Source: the human T2T-CHM13v2.0 reference genome, Homo sapiens. Taken from it: a stretch of 64,000 bases of DNA. The stretch lies in assembly GCF_009914755.1 (NCBI RefSeq), contig NC_060925.1, one strand, 5' to 3'. A model generated the notes under the pieces. The model was not told the DNA's origin and ran no database searches. It worked only from the letters and a program-made list of their open reading frames with translations. The translations under genes and the position numbers were made by a program. Below, piece by piece: positions 35,774-51,886 of the stretch. Position 1 is the first letter of the stretch, and every line of letters starts with the position of its first letter.

Positions 35774-36328
35774 GGGTCTCTCTCTTCCCAGTAAGTGGCC
35801 GTTGGAACTACAACCCAGGTCTGTTTTTTGTGTGTGTGTGATGGAGTATCCGAAGTGTAATGGTGCAATCTAGGCTCACTGCAACCTCTGCCTCCCGGAT
35901 TCAAGTGATTCTCCTGCCTCAGCCTCCCAAGTAGCTGGGACTACAGGCGCGTGCCATCACGCCCAGTTAATTTTTATATTTTTAGTAGAGACGGGGTTTC
36001 ACCATGTTGGCCAGGATAGTCGTGACCTCCTGATCTGCCTACCTCAGCCTCCCAAAGTGCTGGGATTACAGGCGTGAGCCACCGCGCCCAACCCAACCCA
36101 GATATGTTCTAATGCAAGTGCAGATAACCTTAACTGCTGTGTCACGCGGCTCCTCCAGAACTACCCTGTGAGATTAGGTACCGTGATTTGCCTGACTTAG
36201 CAGAAGAGGAAGCAGGGATCAGGGAAGGGAAATAACTTACCCCAGGTTACACAGTGAATCTGTGGCAGAAGTCATGGCAGAAGTCAGCTGACATCTGGAT
36301 TTAACTGCAGTCAGAGGCAGACACATGA

Positions 36329-36915
<587 letters not shown>

Positions 36916-37121
36916 TGAAGTGATCCACCCTCAGCCTCCAAATGTGCTGGGATCACAGGTGTGAGCCACTGCGCCTTGAGTTTCTACTTTATGCCAAGCG
37001 CTGAGTTAGGCCCTGAGGATACAATCATCAGCCCCTGCCCTCAAGGAGCCTGCAGCCTGGGAGAGAGACTGACATCAGAGATGGTCAGAAGTGCATGTGG
37101 GCCAGACGTGGTACAGGTTCA

Positions 37122-37545
<424 letters not shown>

Positions 37546-38329
37546 TCACCCAAGCAAAACTCAACCAGTGTCTTAGTGCTTGTGGGACCTGCTTTGTCCC
37601 CTTTTGTGGCATCGAAGGGGTGATGAAGGATGAGACAAACCTGGATGTGAGTCCCAACTCTGCTGTGTGACCTGAGACAAGCCGTGCCTCTGAGCCTCAG
37701 TCTCCTCAGCTCTAAGAGGGGCACTCCCATGGCCCTGTCAAAGGGTTGCTGTCCACAAAACATGAACTGACCGTTGGCCTCATACATGTTAGTTGTCGAA
37801 TCCACAGGCCAACTGCACTCCCTTTAGAACTGCAGTTGTCTGTGTCTGTCCTGCCTCCTCAACCAGACTGTGCCCAAGTTCCTTCTGGGGCCCTGGTGTC
37901 CAACTCAGACAGGCATTAGAGGAAGCCGTGGGGGCTGTTGAACGTTGAACCTGAACACTGAACTAGAGGCCCCAGGCCGGGGCTAATGAGGGCTCCAGGA
38001 AAGGGCTTCTGGGTGGAGAGGGAGCATCTACTAACCACTCACTTCCAGAGTGGCCTTCCCGGGTCCAGCAGAGGGTTGGGCGCCAACTAGGGAACCCACA
38101 GAGGAGGCGGGGGGTGGGGCGGGGGAGCGGTGTGGAGCGGGTAAGGGGGTGGGGCTGGAGATTAAGAAATGAGTGAGGTGGATGCTTCAGCGCTGTTAGT
38201 CTCCTCCCCATGCCCCTCCTCACTTCATCTAGTTTAGTCCCTTTATCCTGTGAAGTAGGGGTCATCATTAGCCCCCTTTTACAGAGGAGAGAATTGAGGC
38301 TTCGAGAGAGAGAAACTTGGCCAGGAGTT

Positions 38330-38830
38330 TCCACTCGGTCCGACGCCCTCGGTGCCCCGCCGGGTACGGTGGCTGGGCGCGGGGAGCGGGGGGCGGCGCC
38401 GGCGGGGCCCCGGGCAGGGGCGGGGTCGGGGCGCGGACAAAACCGCCGCGGGGCGGCGGGGTGGCGGACGCGGCCATGGAGGCCGAGGGCTGCCGCTACC
38501 AATTTCGGGTCGCGCTGCTGGGGGACGCGGCGGTGGGCAAGACGTCGCTGCTGCGGAGCTACGTGGCAGGCGCGCCTGGCGCCCCGGAGCCGGAGCCCGA
38601 GCCCGAGCCCACGGTGGGCGCCGAGTGCTACCGCCGCGCGCTGCAGCTGCGGGCCGGGCCGCGGGTCAAGCTGCAACTCTGGGACACCGCGGGCCACGAG
38701 CGCTTCAGGTGCGGGTAGCCGGGGCGCGGGAGGGACTTCTGGTGGGGGGCTCGGTGAGCGTGCTTTAGGCCACGGCAACTCCCGAGAGGCCAACTCAGAG
38801 GTCAGGCGGAGGGCGAGGTCCCTGCCCTGG
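38330..38830. promoter_or_regulatory. CpG island and GC boxes at the RAB42 5' end
   Basis: Dense CpG, GGGGCGGGG boxes and G-runs at 38109-38126 and 38412-38431. Confidence 0.85.
38476..38708 (+). CDS. RAB42: RAB42 coding exon 1
   Basis: Kozak GCCATGG. Encodes MEAEGCRYQFRVALLGDAAVGKTS (P-loop)...WDTAGHERFR. AG|gtgcgg donor at 38709. Confidence 0.95.
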
Positions 38831-38964
38831 GTCCCGCCCGGTCCACTGGGGCCAGAACCTCCCCTGCTCGGAGTCATTTTTCCCACGAACACTGCGGGGT
38901 GGGTCGAGTCCCAGAGACCAGGAACATCCCTGGCTTTGAGCTCTGGACTCTGGAGAGATGCTGA

Positions 38965-39398
<434 letters not shown>

Positions 39399-39657
39399 TG
39401 ATCTCGTGATCCACATCCACCCGCCTCGGCCTCCCAAAGTGCTGGGATTACAGGCGTGAGCCACCGCACCCGGCCAGCACCCAGACTGTTAGGAGAGACA
39501 CAGACACCGAGGCAGAGAACCACGGGGCCGTGTGAAGTGAGCCCTGTTGGGGTGTGAGGCATTCTGTGGATCCCAGGGGGAGGAGGTCCTGCCTCTGGGG
39601 GTGTCATGGAGGCATCAGCCTCTCCCAGCTTACCTTTCCACCTCCCTGCCTCCCCAG

Positions 39658-40081
39658 GTGCATCACCAGGTCCTTTTACCGGAATGTGGTGGGTGTCCTG
39701 CTGGTCTTTGATGTGACAAACAGGAAGTCCTTTGAACACATCCAAGACTGGCACCAGGAGGTCATGGCCACTCAGGGCCCGGACAAGGTCATCTTCCTGC
39801 TGGTTGGCCACAAGAGTGACCTGCAGAGCACCCGCTGTGTCTCAGCCCAGGAGGCCGAGGAGCTAGCTGCCTCCCTGGGCATGGCCTTCGTGGAGACCTC
39901 GGTTAAAAACAACTGCAATGTGGACCTGGCCTTTGACACCCTCGCTGATGCTATCCAGCAGGCCCTGCAGCAGGGGGACATCAAGCTAGAAGAGGGCTGG
40001 GGGGGTGTCCGGCTCATCCACAAGACCCAAATCCCCAGGTCCCCCAGCAGGAAGCAGCACTCAGGCCCATGCCAGTGTTGA
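39658..40081 (+). CDS. RAB42: RAB42 coding exon 2 (total 657 nt, 218 aa)
   Basis: ccccag acceptor. Encodes [13 protein letters not shown] and ETSVK, and ends in the CQC prenylation motif plus TGA. 233+424 nt is in frame. Confidence 0.96.
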
Positions 40082-40237
40082 CTCTAGGAGAGAAAGGGTT
40101 AAAGCAGTCCCAGCCTTAGCCCACCTGGTGGGATGGGGAGTGTTAATATCTCTCTGGAGGACAAATGACAGAAGGGTTCATATAAACAGTATCCTGACAC
40201 AGTCATGCTTCCTGGATTTTGGAGTCGAGGCTTTCTA

Positions 40238-40630
<393 letters not shown>

Positions 40631-41039
40631 TCATAAAAGATCCCACCTTGAAGGGAGGTGGTGACCACAAATGAGACAGTGGACAGGATGTGCTCACCCA
40701 GAGCCTGCCGCGCTGTGAATTGAATGACAAAAGCTCTCATTCCCACTCCCTTTTTCTTGGCTGCGATGTGGCCACTCTGGCAGCATTCCTGGGCTCAGAC
40801 ACTGAGAAGCCAGCGTCAGGAAGCTGATGCATGGGCAAAGGCAGGTGCGGGGAATTCCAGGGGGAGCTTGGCTTGGAGGCTTCTTATGTCCTCAGGCTAA
40901 AATGATTCTGGGCATGGGATTAATATGTGACGTCAAACCCAGGGTTGCTGGCCAATGCCCCCCCGACCAGGCCCAGGGGCTGAAAAATGGATGTTGGAGG
41001 CTGGGATGAACATGAATGTGTAGCAACTATGTTGGGCAC

Positions 41040-41449
41040 ACAGTGGCCACTGTGATGAGCCACCAAGATCCCCCTTTCTGGCTGGGGAACCCATCAACCC
41101 TCTCCCCAGCTGCTGGAGTGCCACTGGATGATGGACTTCAGCTTGCCCCACTCTCTGGGAAAGGCCCTCCCTTCAGGGCAGCTTGTATCCAAAGTTCATC
41201 TCCTGGGGGGCCTTAAAGGACTCCCTCTTGCCCCAGCTCTGGACAACTCTGAAAGTCAAAACCAACTTTATCAGTCTCTGTGGGCTTCATTGAGGACACT
41301 GTTGTGACATCATAGCCAAGTTATCCCCTTGCCCAATCCTGCTTCCTTTTCTTCCCCAAACAGGTATCCATTTCAAGAATATCCCCTAATAAACATCTGC
41401 ACACTCATCTCCATCTCAGAATCTGCCTCCTGGTAACCTAACCTATGAT
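41040..41449 (+). mobile_element. LTR16-like ERVL solo LTR with AATAAA at 41388-41393
   Basis: The 3' part ccctaataaacatctgcacactcatctccatctcagaatctgcctcctggtaacctaaccta resembles the LTR16 R/U5 end. 5' limit approximate. Confidence 0.7.
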
Positions 41450-42114
41450 GGGAACTGCTAGGCAGGGAATGTCCTGGGAGCAATTAGGGAAGGCTTCATG
41501 GAAGAGACACTGTTTATGTTAGGCCGAATCTCAGCAGGTGTAGGGCTTAGTGGGTATCATTGTGCTGTAGCAAAAAGCACAGCCACTTTGCTGGGTGCAG
41601 TGGCTCACGCCTGTAATCCCAGCACTTTCGGAGGCCTAGGCAGGCAGTTCACTTGAGGTTGGGAGTTCGAGACCAGTATGGCCAACACGGCGAAACCCTG
41701 TCTATACTAAAAATACAAAAATTAGCTGGGTGTGGTGGCTCATGCCTGTAATCCCAGCACTTAGGAGGCTGAAGCATGAGAATTGCTTGAGCCCAGGAGG
41801 CAGAGGTTGCAGCGAGCCACGATCCCGCCACTGCACTCCAGCCCTCTAACTTGGGTGGCAGAGCAACACTCCGTCTCATAAAAAAAGAAAAAAGCATAGT
41901 CACTTAACTCTCTTTTGTGACCTTGAGCTAGTTACTTGGCCTCCTTGAGCCTTGGTTTCCTCCTCAGTCAGTAACATGAGACTGATAATCCCTCCCTCCT
42001 AGGGTTCTTAGAAGGTTTTCAGAATGAGTTTCTTAGCTTCCTCCCCATGGAGAGGGGGCTGAGGGGTCTTCCTGTGCACTTGGTCCTGCCTCTTTTTTTT
42101 TTTAAACCCATAAA

Positions 42115-42830
<716 letters not shown>

Positions 42831-42991
42831 CTGCCTCTTCTTTTTAAACATCCTTATTCATCCTTGTGACGTGGTGAGGTTGGCACAATCATCCCCATTT
42901 CACAGATAAGAAAGCTGGGGCCAGGAGAGGAAAATTACTTGCTTTAGGGTATCTTTTCATTCCTTCATCGTTTTTTTTTTTTTTTCCTTAG

Positions 42992-43138
<147 letters not shown>

Positions 43139-43141
43139 TAA

Positions 43142-43701
<560 letters not shown>

Positions 43702-43808
43702 TGAGTAGCTGGGACTACAGGCGCACGCCACCACGCCCAGATAATTTTTTGTATTTTTAGTAGAGATGGGGTTTCACCATGTTAGCCAGGATGGTCTCGA
43801 TCTTCTGA

Positions 43809-44472
<664 letters not shown>

Positions 44473-46503
44473 TAAAGGTGCGTGCCACCACGCCCAGCTA
44501 ATTTTTTGTATTTTTAGTAGAGATGGGGTTTCACCATGTTAGCCAGGATGGTCTCAATCTTCTGACCTCGTGATCCGCCCGCCTCGGCCTCCCAAAGTGC
44601 TGGGATTACAGGTGTGAGCCACCGTGCCCGGCCCTACCAGAGGCTTATTATTAAACCCACAGCAACCCCGTGAGGTTGGGCTGATCTTGTCCATTTCACA
44701 GACCTCAGCTCCAAGACAGAAAACTCATGTGGCTAAAGTGATGAACCCAGGCCAGCTCCAATAATCTTGTCCACTGCCTCAGGCCAGCCCCAGGGTGGGT
44801 CCTTTCTCAAACTTCAGCGCTCCAGTCCTACCCTCACTATCCCCCTCAGTGTGGCAAAATCTCGAGAGGCTGTAAGTGGCTTTGATGGGTGTGTGCCTGC
44901 ACAAGCAGAGCGAGCCCAGGCTACAGGAAAGGCAGAGGCACCAGTGTACATTGTGCCACTCCTTTTGAGTCTCAGGCCTCTAGGTTCTCCTGTAATTCAG
45001 CATCCACACTGACCCAGAGGGATCTTTTTAAAGGACAGTTTTGGCTTGGCCGCCTCCCTGCTAGAATCCTCCTATGGCCCCACACCTACAGCATAAAATC
45101 CAAATCCTTTTGCTCTAATCCAAGCCTTTCATCACCTGGAGCCAGCTGCATCATCTCTAACCACTGGCCCAGGCGGCCAAATTCTGAACCAGGTGCAGCT
45201 CTGGACTTCGCATATGCTGTTTTCTGTGCCGGGAAAGTCCCAGCTCTCTCTCTCTCCCTGTGTTATCTGATCTGCCTGCAACACTCAGGTAGACATCACT
45301 TCCTTTTAACCACATTATCCCAGCTGCCAAAAATAGGACAGGCTTTGCTGTCAAACCTGGTTTGAATCTCAGTTCCACTAACAGTGGGACCCTGACTAAC
45401 TCACTTTATCTTTCTAAGCCTCAGTGATTTAAAAATGGGGATAATAGGCCGGGCGCGGTGGCTCACGCGTGTAATCCCAGCACTTTGGGAGGCCGAGGCG
45501 GGTGGAACACGAGGTCAAGAGATCGAGACCATCCTGGCTAACACCATGAAGCCCCGTTTCTACCAAAAAATATAAAAAATTAGCCGGGCGTGATGGCACG
45601 CGCCTGTGGTGCCACCCCAACCCTGAGGGCCAAGGAGAGAACTCATCCACCAGGAAGGGAGGGGTCAAGAGAAGGGGCCTTGGAGGCCATTTAGAAGGAT
45701 GGACACTGGACTAAGGGCACAGGTCTGAGTCCTGACCTGCCTAGTGACCTTGGACAGGTCACACGACCTCTCCAGATCTCAGCATTATCTGTAAAATAAG
45801 GGCCACATTGGATGACCTCTGAAGGCCCCTTCTTTTGTAACTCCAGGTAATTGTAAGACCCTAGCTTAACTCTGCTTTCCTCCTCCCAGCTTCACGCCAT
45901 GCAGGCACAGGGGATTCTTTCCAGGATGGCTCCCTGGTCCCAGATGGCTCCTTCTGTGTCCTTGGAACTCATCCTGTTGTTACAGCCAGACCCTGCCCCT
46001 GTCTTTTGGTTAACTCCTTCTTGGGAAAACGTCTCAAGTCTTTTTTTTTAGATGGAGTCTCACTCTTGTCGCCCAGACTGGGGTGCAGTGGTATGATCTT
46101 GGCTCACTGCAGCCTCCACCTCCTGGGTTCCTGCTATTCTCCTGCCTCAGCCTCCCGAGTAGCTAAGATTACAGGCACATGCCACCACGCCCGGCTAATT
46201 TTTGTATTTTTAGTAGAAACAAGGTTTCGCTATGTTGGCCAGGCTGGTCTCGAACTCCTGACCTCAGGTGATCCACCTGCCCTGGCCTCCCAAAGTGCTG
46301 GGATTACAGGTGTGAGCCACCACACCCGGACTCAAATCTTATCACCTTTAGTCCAAAAAACTGTAGCAACTTCCGGCTAGTATCCCTCCTGCCTGCTTCC
46401 AATTCCACCTTCCACACTGGCAGCCAGAGAGGCTTTTAACATGCAAACATAGTTACACCACTCCTTCATCTGAAACTTCAGGGGTTCCCAAAGGCTCTGC
46501 AGT

Positions 46504-46554
46504 GGTGTGTGTGTGTGTTTTTTTTTAATGTGTGTGTGTGTGTGTGTGTGTGTG
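46504..46554. repeat. Interrupted (TG)n microsatellite
   Basis: gtgtgtgtgtgtgt-T run-aatgtgtgtg...tg. Confidence 0.9.
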
Positions 46555-47761
46555 CAGTGGTTTTCAAAACTTTTTATCTGTTTTGAGCATTAGAATCCTC
46601 ATCTGACGGAATGTTTCTCAGAGCCCTAAAAATGTCCAACAGTTAAGAAAGATGTTATGCAGACTGAAGAAAAGTGGAAAGCTTGGAACCAGCCTGCTGG
46701 GCCTCCCACACTACAGCCTGCAACACACACACAACACACAGCAGCCTCCAAGGCATGGGCACTGAACTGAGGGCTCCACGTACCTTCATAAGAAGCCAGG
46801 ATAGGCTGGGCACAGTGGCTCACACCTATAATCCCAGCACTTTGCGAGGCAGCGGTAAGCAGATTGCTTGAGCCCAGGATTTTGAGACCAGCCGGGGCAA
46901 CATGGCAAAACTCTCTGTTTTTAAAAAATTAATTAAAAAAAAAGGAGGCCAGGCATGGTGGCTCACACCTGTAATCCCAGCACTTTGGGAGGCAGAGGTA
47001 GGAGAATCACCTGAGGTCAGGAGTTAGAGGCCACCCTGGCCAACATTATAAAACCCCGTCTCTACTAAAAATACAAAAATTAGTCGGATGTAGTGGCGCA
47101 CCTGTAATCCCAGCTACTTGGGAGGCTGAGACACAAGAATAGCTTGAACCCGGGAGGTGGAGGTTGCAAGAGCCGAGATCGCATCACTTCATTCATTCCA
47201 GCCTGGGTGATAGAGTGAGACTCTCTCTCTCTCTCTTTTTTTTTTTTTAGATGGAGTCTCCCTCTGTCGCCCAGTCTGGAGTGCAGTGGTGCAATCTCGG
47301 CTCACTACAACCTCCGCCTCCCAGGTTCAAGCAATTCTCCTGCCTCAGCTGCCTGGCTAATTTTTTATATTTTTAGTAGAGACGGTTTCGCCATGTTGGC
47401 CAGGCTGATCTTGAACTCCTGACCTCAAGTGATCCACCTGCCTTGGCCTCCCAGAGTGCTGAGATTACAGGCTTGAGCCACTGCGCCCGGTCACCTGGGT
47501 CTGTTTTTATTCATCATTGTATCCCTCTGCTTAGGACAGGCATGGGATTATAAATACTTGCTGAGTGAATGAACAAGTCCCTCAATATGCAGATAGGACA
47601 AGACTGAGATAGATGACGCCACTTACTTGTCACACTGCAAATCAAGAACTGGGGTCTTTTGATTCTACCTCAGCTCTTTCCATTAAACTTCCCCGATTCC
47701 TGTGTTCCCTTCTGTCTTAGTGGAGATCTCAAAACTAATTCTAGATTCCTTGGCTGCCAAG

Positions 47762-48181
47762 GTCAGTGACTCATCGTACTACTGAAACCCAGCTGGAGGC
47801 CCCTTGGTGTTTGGTATCACCAACAGAATATCCTTTATGAGTGTCACCACTGGCATCAGGAGGTTCTGGGGAAAGTGAAACCCTTCAGCATCCTCGTCCT
47901 GATGGTTGGCCACAAGAGTGACCTGTTGGTGAGCACTGGGTGACACCACAGGGAAAGAAGCTGGCTGCCTCTTTGGGGCATTGAAACTTCAGCCAAGAGC
48001 AACAGTAACATTAGCACAGCCTCTGAGGAGCTCACTCAGTGTATCTGTGAGACTGTGAAGTGGGGGGGACATGGGATCTAACTCAGGGTGGGAGGGAATT
48101 TTGAAATGCAGGGTCTCATCCTGGGCCAAGCTTCAGGACGCAGAGGACCAAAGCAAATCAAGGTGGCTGTGCCTGTGCTAG
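47762..48181 (+). pseudogene. Decayed Rab39/Rab42-subfamily terminal exon (unprocessed pseudogene fragment)
   Basis: With frameshifts it translates as SVTH-YY*NPAGGPLVFGITNRISF...WHQEVLGKVKPFSILVLMVGHKSDL...KKLAASLG-IETSAKSNSNI...GWEGI...RWLCLC*. 23-nt identity to RAB42 exon 2 (47903-47925 vs 39801-39823). Same-phase AG acceptor. Confidence 0.88.
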
Positions 48182-48516
48182 TGACCCTTGGGTAGGACAG
48201 CCATCCTCCCTAGAGCCCACAGAACTCTCACAATCCACAAGGGCCATGCTGGGCCCAGGACAGGATGATGCTAGGTGCCACTGAAGGACATGACCCAGAG
48301 GTCTGGAAGGCGCCTGGTTTCTTCTGCATGATGGTGAAAACACCAGGATCAAAGATAACAGCAACTAAGAAGAGATGGGCACCTGCACAGACATGCCTAT
48401 CCTGAGGACAGGGGCCTACTCCCATCCTTTCTCAGGGACAGGGACAAACACAGCTTTCTCCAGGAGTTCCAGAAGAGCAGGTCAAAAAGGGTTTTTAGGC
48501 CGGGCGCGGTGGCTCA

Positions 48517-48870
<354 letters not shown>

Positions 48871-49074
48871 TTATGGCCGAGAAGCTGGACTCAAACTCCT
48901 GCTGATGTTATGGCCTCCCTTGGGGTAAAATGATGGAAAATCCCTGAGTTTTTCTCAAACACCAAAATGAATAACGATGCTGCCACCTGCTGACTAGAGA
49001 GCTACAATCCAGGCTTGCTTGTCCTGACTCCCTCTGGGATTTCAAAGGTACCCTGTCTTTCGATTAATAACTTC

Positions 49075-49334
49075 TTTATTCTGGAAAAGCAAATGAAAGT
49101 CATATTCATATAAACACTGACATTACAAAGTACAGGGAAAAGGGGAAGGGAGAAGGAAACAAAACCCTTTACAAATCCTGCTAATACTGTCTTACCCAAA
49201 AAGACCATAATGCTTTGTCCCATATTCAGTCACTTATATAATAAACCACAAATAAAATCTTCTCTGGAAGATACATTGCTCCTCTTTGAGATGGCAGGGA
49301 AAAGGGACCGGAAGTTGGGGTAGGAGGCTTTATT
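49075..49334 (-). terminator. TAF12 polyadenylation signals (AATAAA at 49334-49329 and 49080-49075)
   Basis: tttatt hexamers on the + strand downstream of the TAF12 stop codon. Confidence 0.7.
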
Positions 49335-49500
49335 CTTTTGGCAGATCCTCTCAGTCATTATAGATATTGCTGCACTGTTAATAAAAAATATATGCTTCTC
49401 TGTAAAGCATTAAAAAAAAAAATCCAAGGATGAGATGGCTGAGTTCTCAGCTCAAGTATCTCCAAATACATTGCTGTCCATTCCCTGACCTTTCCGTGTG

Positions 49501-49536
49501 TTATTTCTTGGTTGTTTTCCGGATCAATGCCATTCT
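49501..49536 (-). CDS. TAF12: TAF12 terminal coding exon (RMALIRKTTKK*)
   Basis: tctcctttcag acceptor and TAA at 49503-49501. Recognised TAF12 C-terminus. Confidence 0.95.
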   Translation of the reverse strand, partial: RMALIRKTTKK

Positions 49537-49834
49537 CTGAAAGGAGAGACAAATAAGCAGTTATACAGCAGCAGCTGGAGTCAGGAGCTTTCTGGAACAT
49601 TCTGTGTGGCTAGCAGGCCTCATGGTCTACACTGTAGGCCGCAGCCCTCAGAGACCTGCAGTCACAAGGCATCTCAGTAGATTCCTTTTAACCAGAGAGC
49701 AGTCTGCAAGGCCCCAAGAGATGTTTAGATGGGCTAGTGGACCCATTTCATCCACCAAACTGCTCTAGGCTAGCAGAATGGCAAAAAAGTTAAAAGCAGG
49801 AGAAAGTGACAGCTCTTGAGTTTTGGTGACTTAG

Positions 49835-50287
<453 letters not shown>

Positions 50288-51333
50288 TGACCTGCATTGA
50301 AGGGAAACTGAAGACTAACAACTTCTACCACAGTCCATCATGGAAACACTCAGATCATAGGTTTCATGATCTGAATTCTTTTACTATTACTAGCTACTAG
50401 CCAAATTAACAACTTACTTTGTTCATTCTTTTTGACCAAATACCAATATTATGGCATTTGTCGACTAAATAAATAGGGCTGAAAATGGTTAACTTGGGAG
50501 CACAAAGTGACAGTCCATTGTTTGCAGGGACTCTCTTCTGAACAGTGCAATCTTTCCATTCAGGAAACTGGTGGCTTCCCTTTAGGGCTTGCTTCGTGAG
50601 CTTTACAAACACCGGCTCCAGAGATACCAGGCTATGGCGAAGCAGGGGCACTCAACCAGGACTGCCCAGTTGTGCCTGCTAAGCTTGGAAAAAGCTCACG
50701 TTTCAAATCAGAGTAGCCACTTAAGTTAAGACAGAAAGGATAACAGCCTTGTCAGAGGGAGGCCAACACTGCTGTTGGACTGACCAAAGATGGGGATGAC
50801 TTGCTCCACAGCAGAAGTAGTATTCTCACACTGACTCCTAGGTTCCTTGTTCAGAGGGAACCTTGTTCAAAGGTAAAACCAGGACACAGGCCAGAATGTC
50901 CAGCACGGCAGCCTGGATACTACCTCTCAGAACAAGTACAGCACATTTTTGCTTTCTTTAACCTGCCCTCTCTTCATAGGACCATATATGGTGTTGCAAT
51001 CAGCAACAATGAAGGAAGATTTCATTAAGGAGGTATGGTGGGGCGAGCTGCATCCATATTAGAAGAACCCAGAATCAACAGCTTTAAGTGACACTCAACA
51101 GAGTTACGAGAAAAAACAGACCACATGTGGGAACAGCACAGCACCATGTGAATATCTTATTGATCTCCCGGAGACCGCTGCTGCCTCTTGCCCTCTCTGA
51201 CCCTTGCTCCAGAGAGTGAAGTTTGCTGTGTGGAGGAAGCGAGGCCCCCTAGAAGGTAGCTGTGTGTATCCACTCTGAGACGTAACTCAAGGAATCAGCC
51301 CTGGCTGTCCCCAGGGCTCTGGCATTTCCTCAC

Positions 51334-51422
51334 CTGTTTGTGAGCTTCTGTGGTGCAAGCTTTTTTGTAGGGTCGGATTTCTTCAGAGCCAAATCCTGGG
51401 ATCCACATGTTCCACTGGCGCT
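51334..51422 (-). CDS. TAF12: TAF12 coding exon (ERQWNMWIPGFGSEEIRPYKKACTTEAHKQ)
   Basis: ccttgcag acceptor and CAG|gtgagg donor. Phase consistent with neighbours. Confidence 0.96.
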
Positions 51423-51845
51423 CTGCAAGGAAGAAGCCAGCACAGAGATAAACGTACCAAGAAGGCAGTACCAGGAGTGCAATGTGACCCCCTTGGATCA
51501 GGGAGGATGAATGTGGGCATCTGGCTACTAACTCCACAAAGGGATTCTATTACAAATAGGGAAAATGGACATGGCTTCTCCAAGGTTTTTTCTTTTTTTT
51601 TGGAGACAGGGTCTTCCCACTCTGTCACCCAGAGTGGGGTGCAGTGGCACAATCTTGGCTCACTACAGCCTTGACTACCCCAGCACAAGCGATATTCCCA
51701 TCCTGGCCTCCCAAGTAGCTGGGACTACAGGCGCATGCCACCATGGCCAGCTAATATTTCTTATTTCTTATATTTCTTTAAGACGGAATTTTGCTCCTGT
51801 TGCCCAGGCTGGAGTGCAATGGCGCAATCTCGACTCACTGCAATC

Positions 51846-51886
51846 TCTCAGGCTTCAACATTGAATATGCCACAGGCTCATTTGCC
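51846..51886 (+). other. Micro-NUMT: mitochondrial ND1 fragment inside an Alu
   Basis: TCTCAGGCTTCAACATTGAATATGCCACAGGCTCATTTGCC encodes [13 protein letters not shown], against ND1 [13 protein letters not shown]. It interrupts the Alu between CACTGCAA and CCAGGTTCAAG. Confidence 0.85.

Noticed and set aside
40766-40915. Possible remnant of exon 1 of the Rab fossil (ATG TGG CCA CTC TGG CAG... and CTC AGG CTA AAA TGA TTC TGG, loosely like MxxxWQYQF and VKLQFWD)
   Set aside because: No recognisable P-loop, DTAG or donor, so the similarity is within chance by eye. I found no convincing exon 1 between 40100 and 47760. A profile search is needed.
47762-47840. Use of the Rab fossil exon as an alternative last exon for RAB42 exon 1
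   Set aside because: The phase is compatible, but the acceptor has a weak pyrimidine tract and the frame ends at TGA 47838-47840 after about 25 codons. No support from sequence alone.
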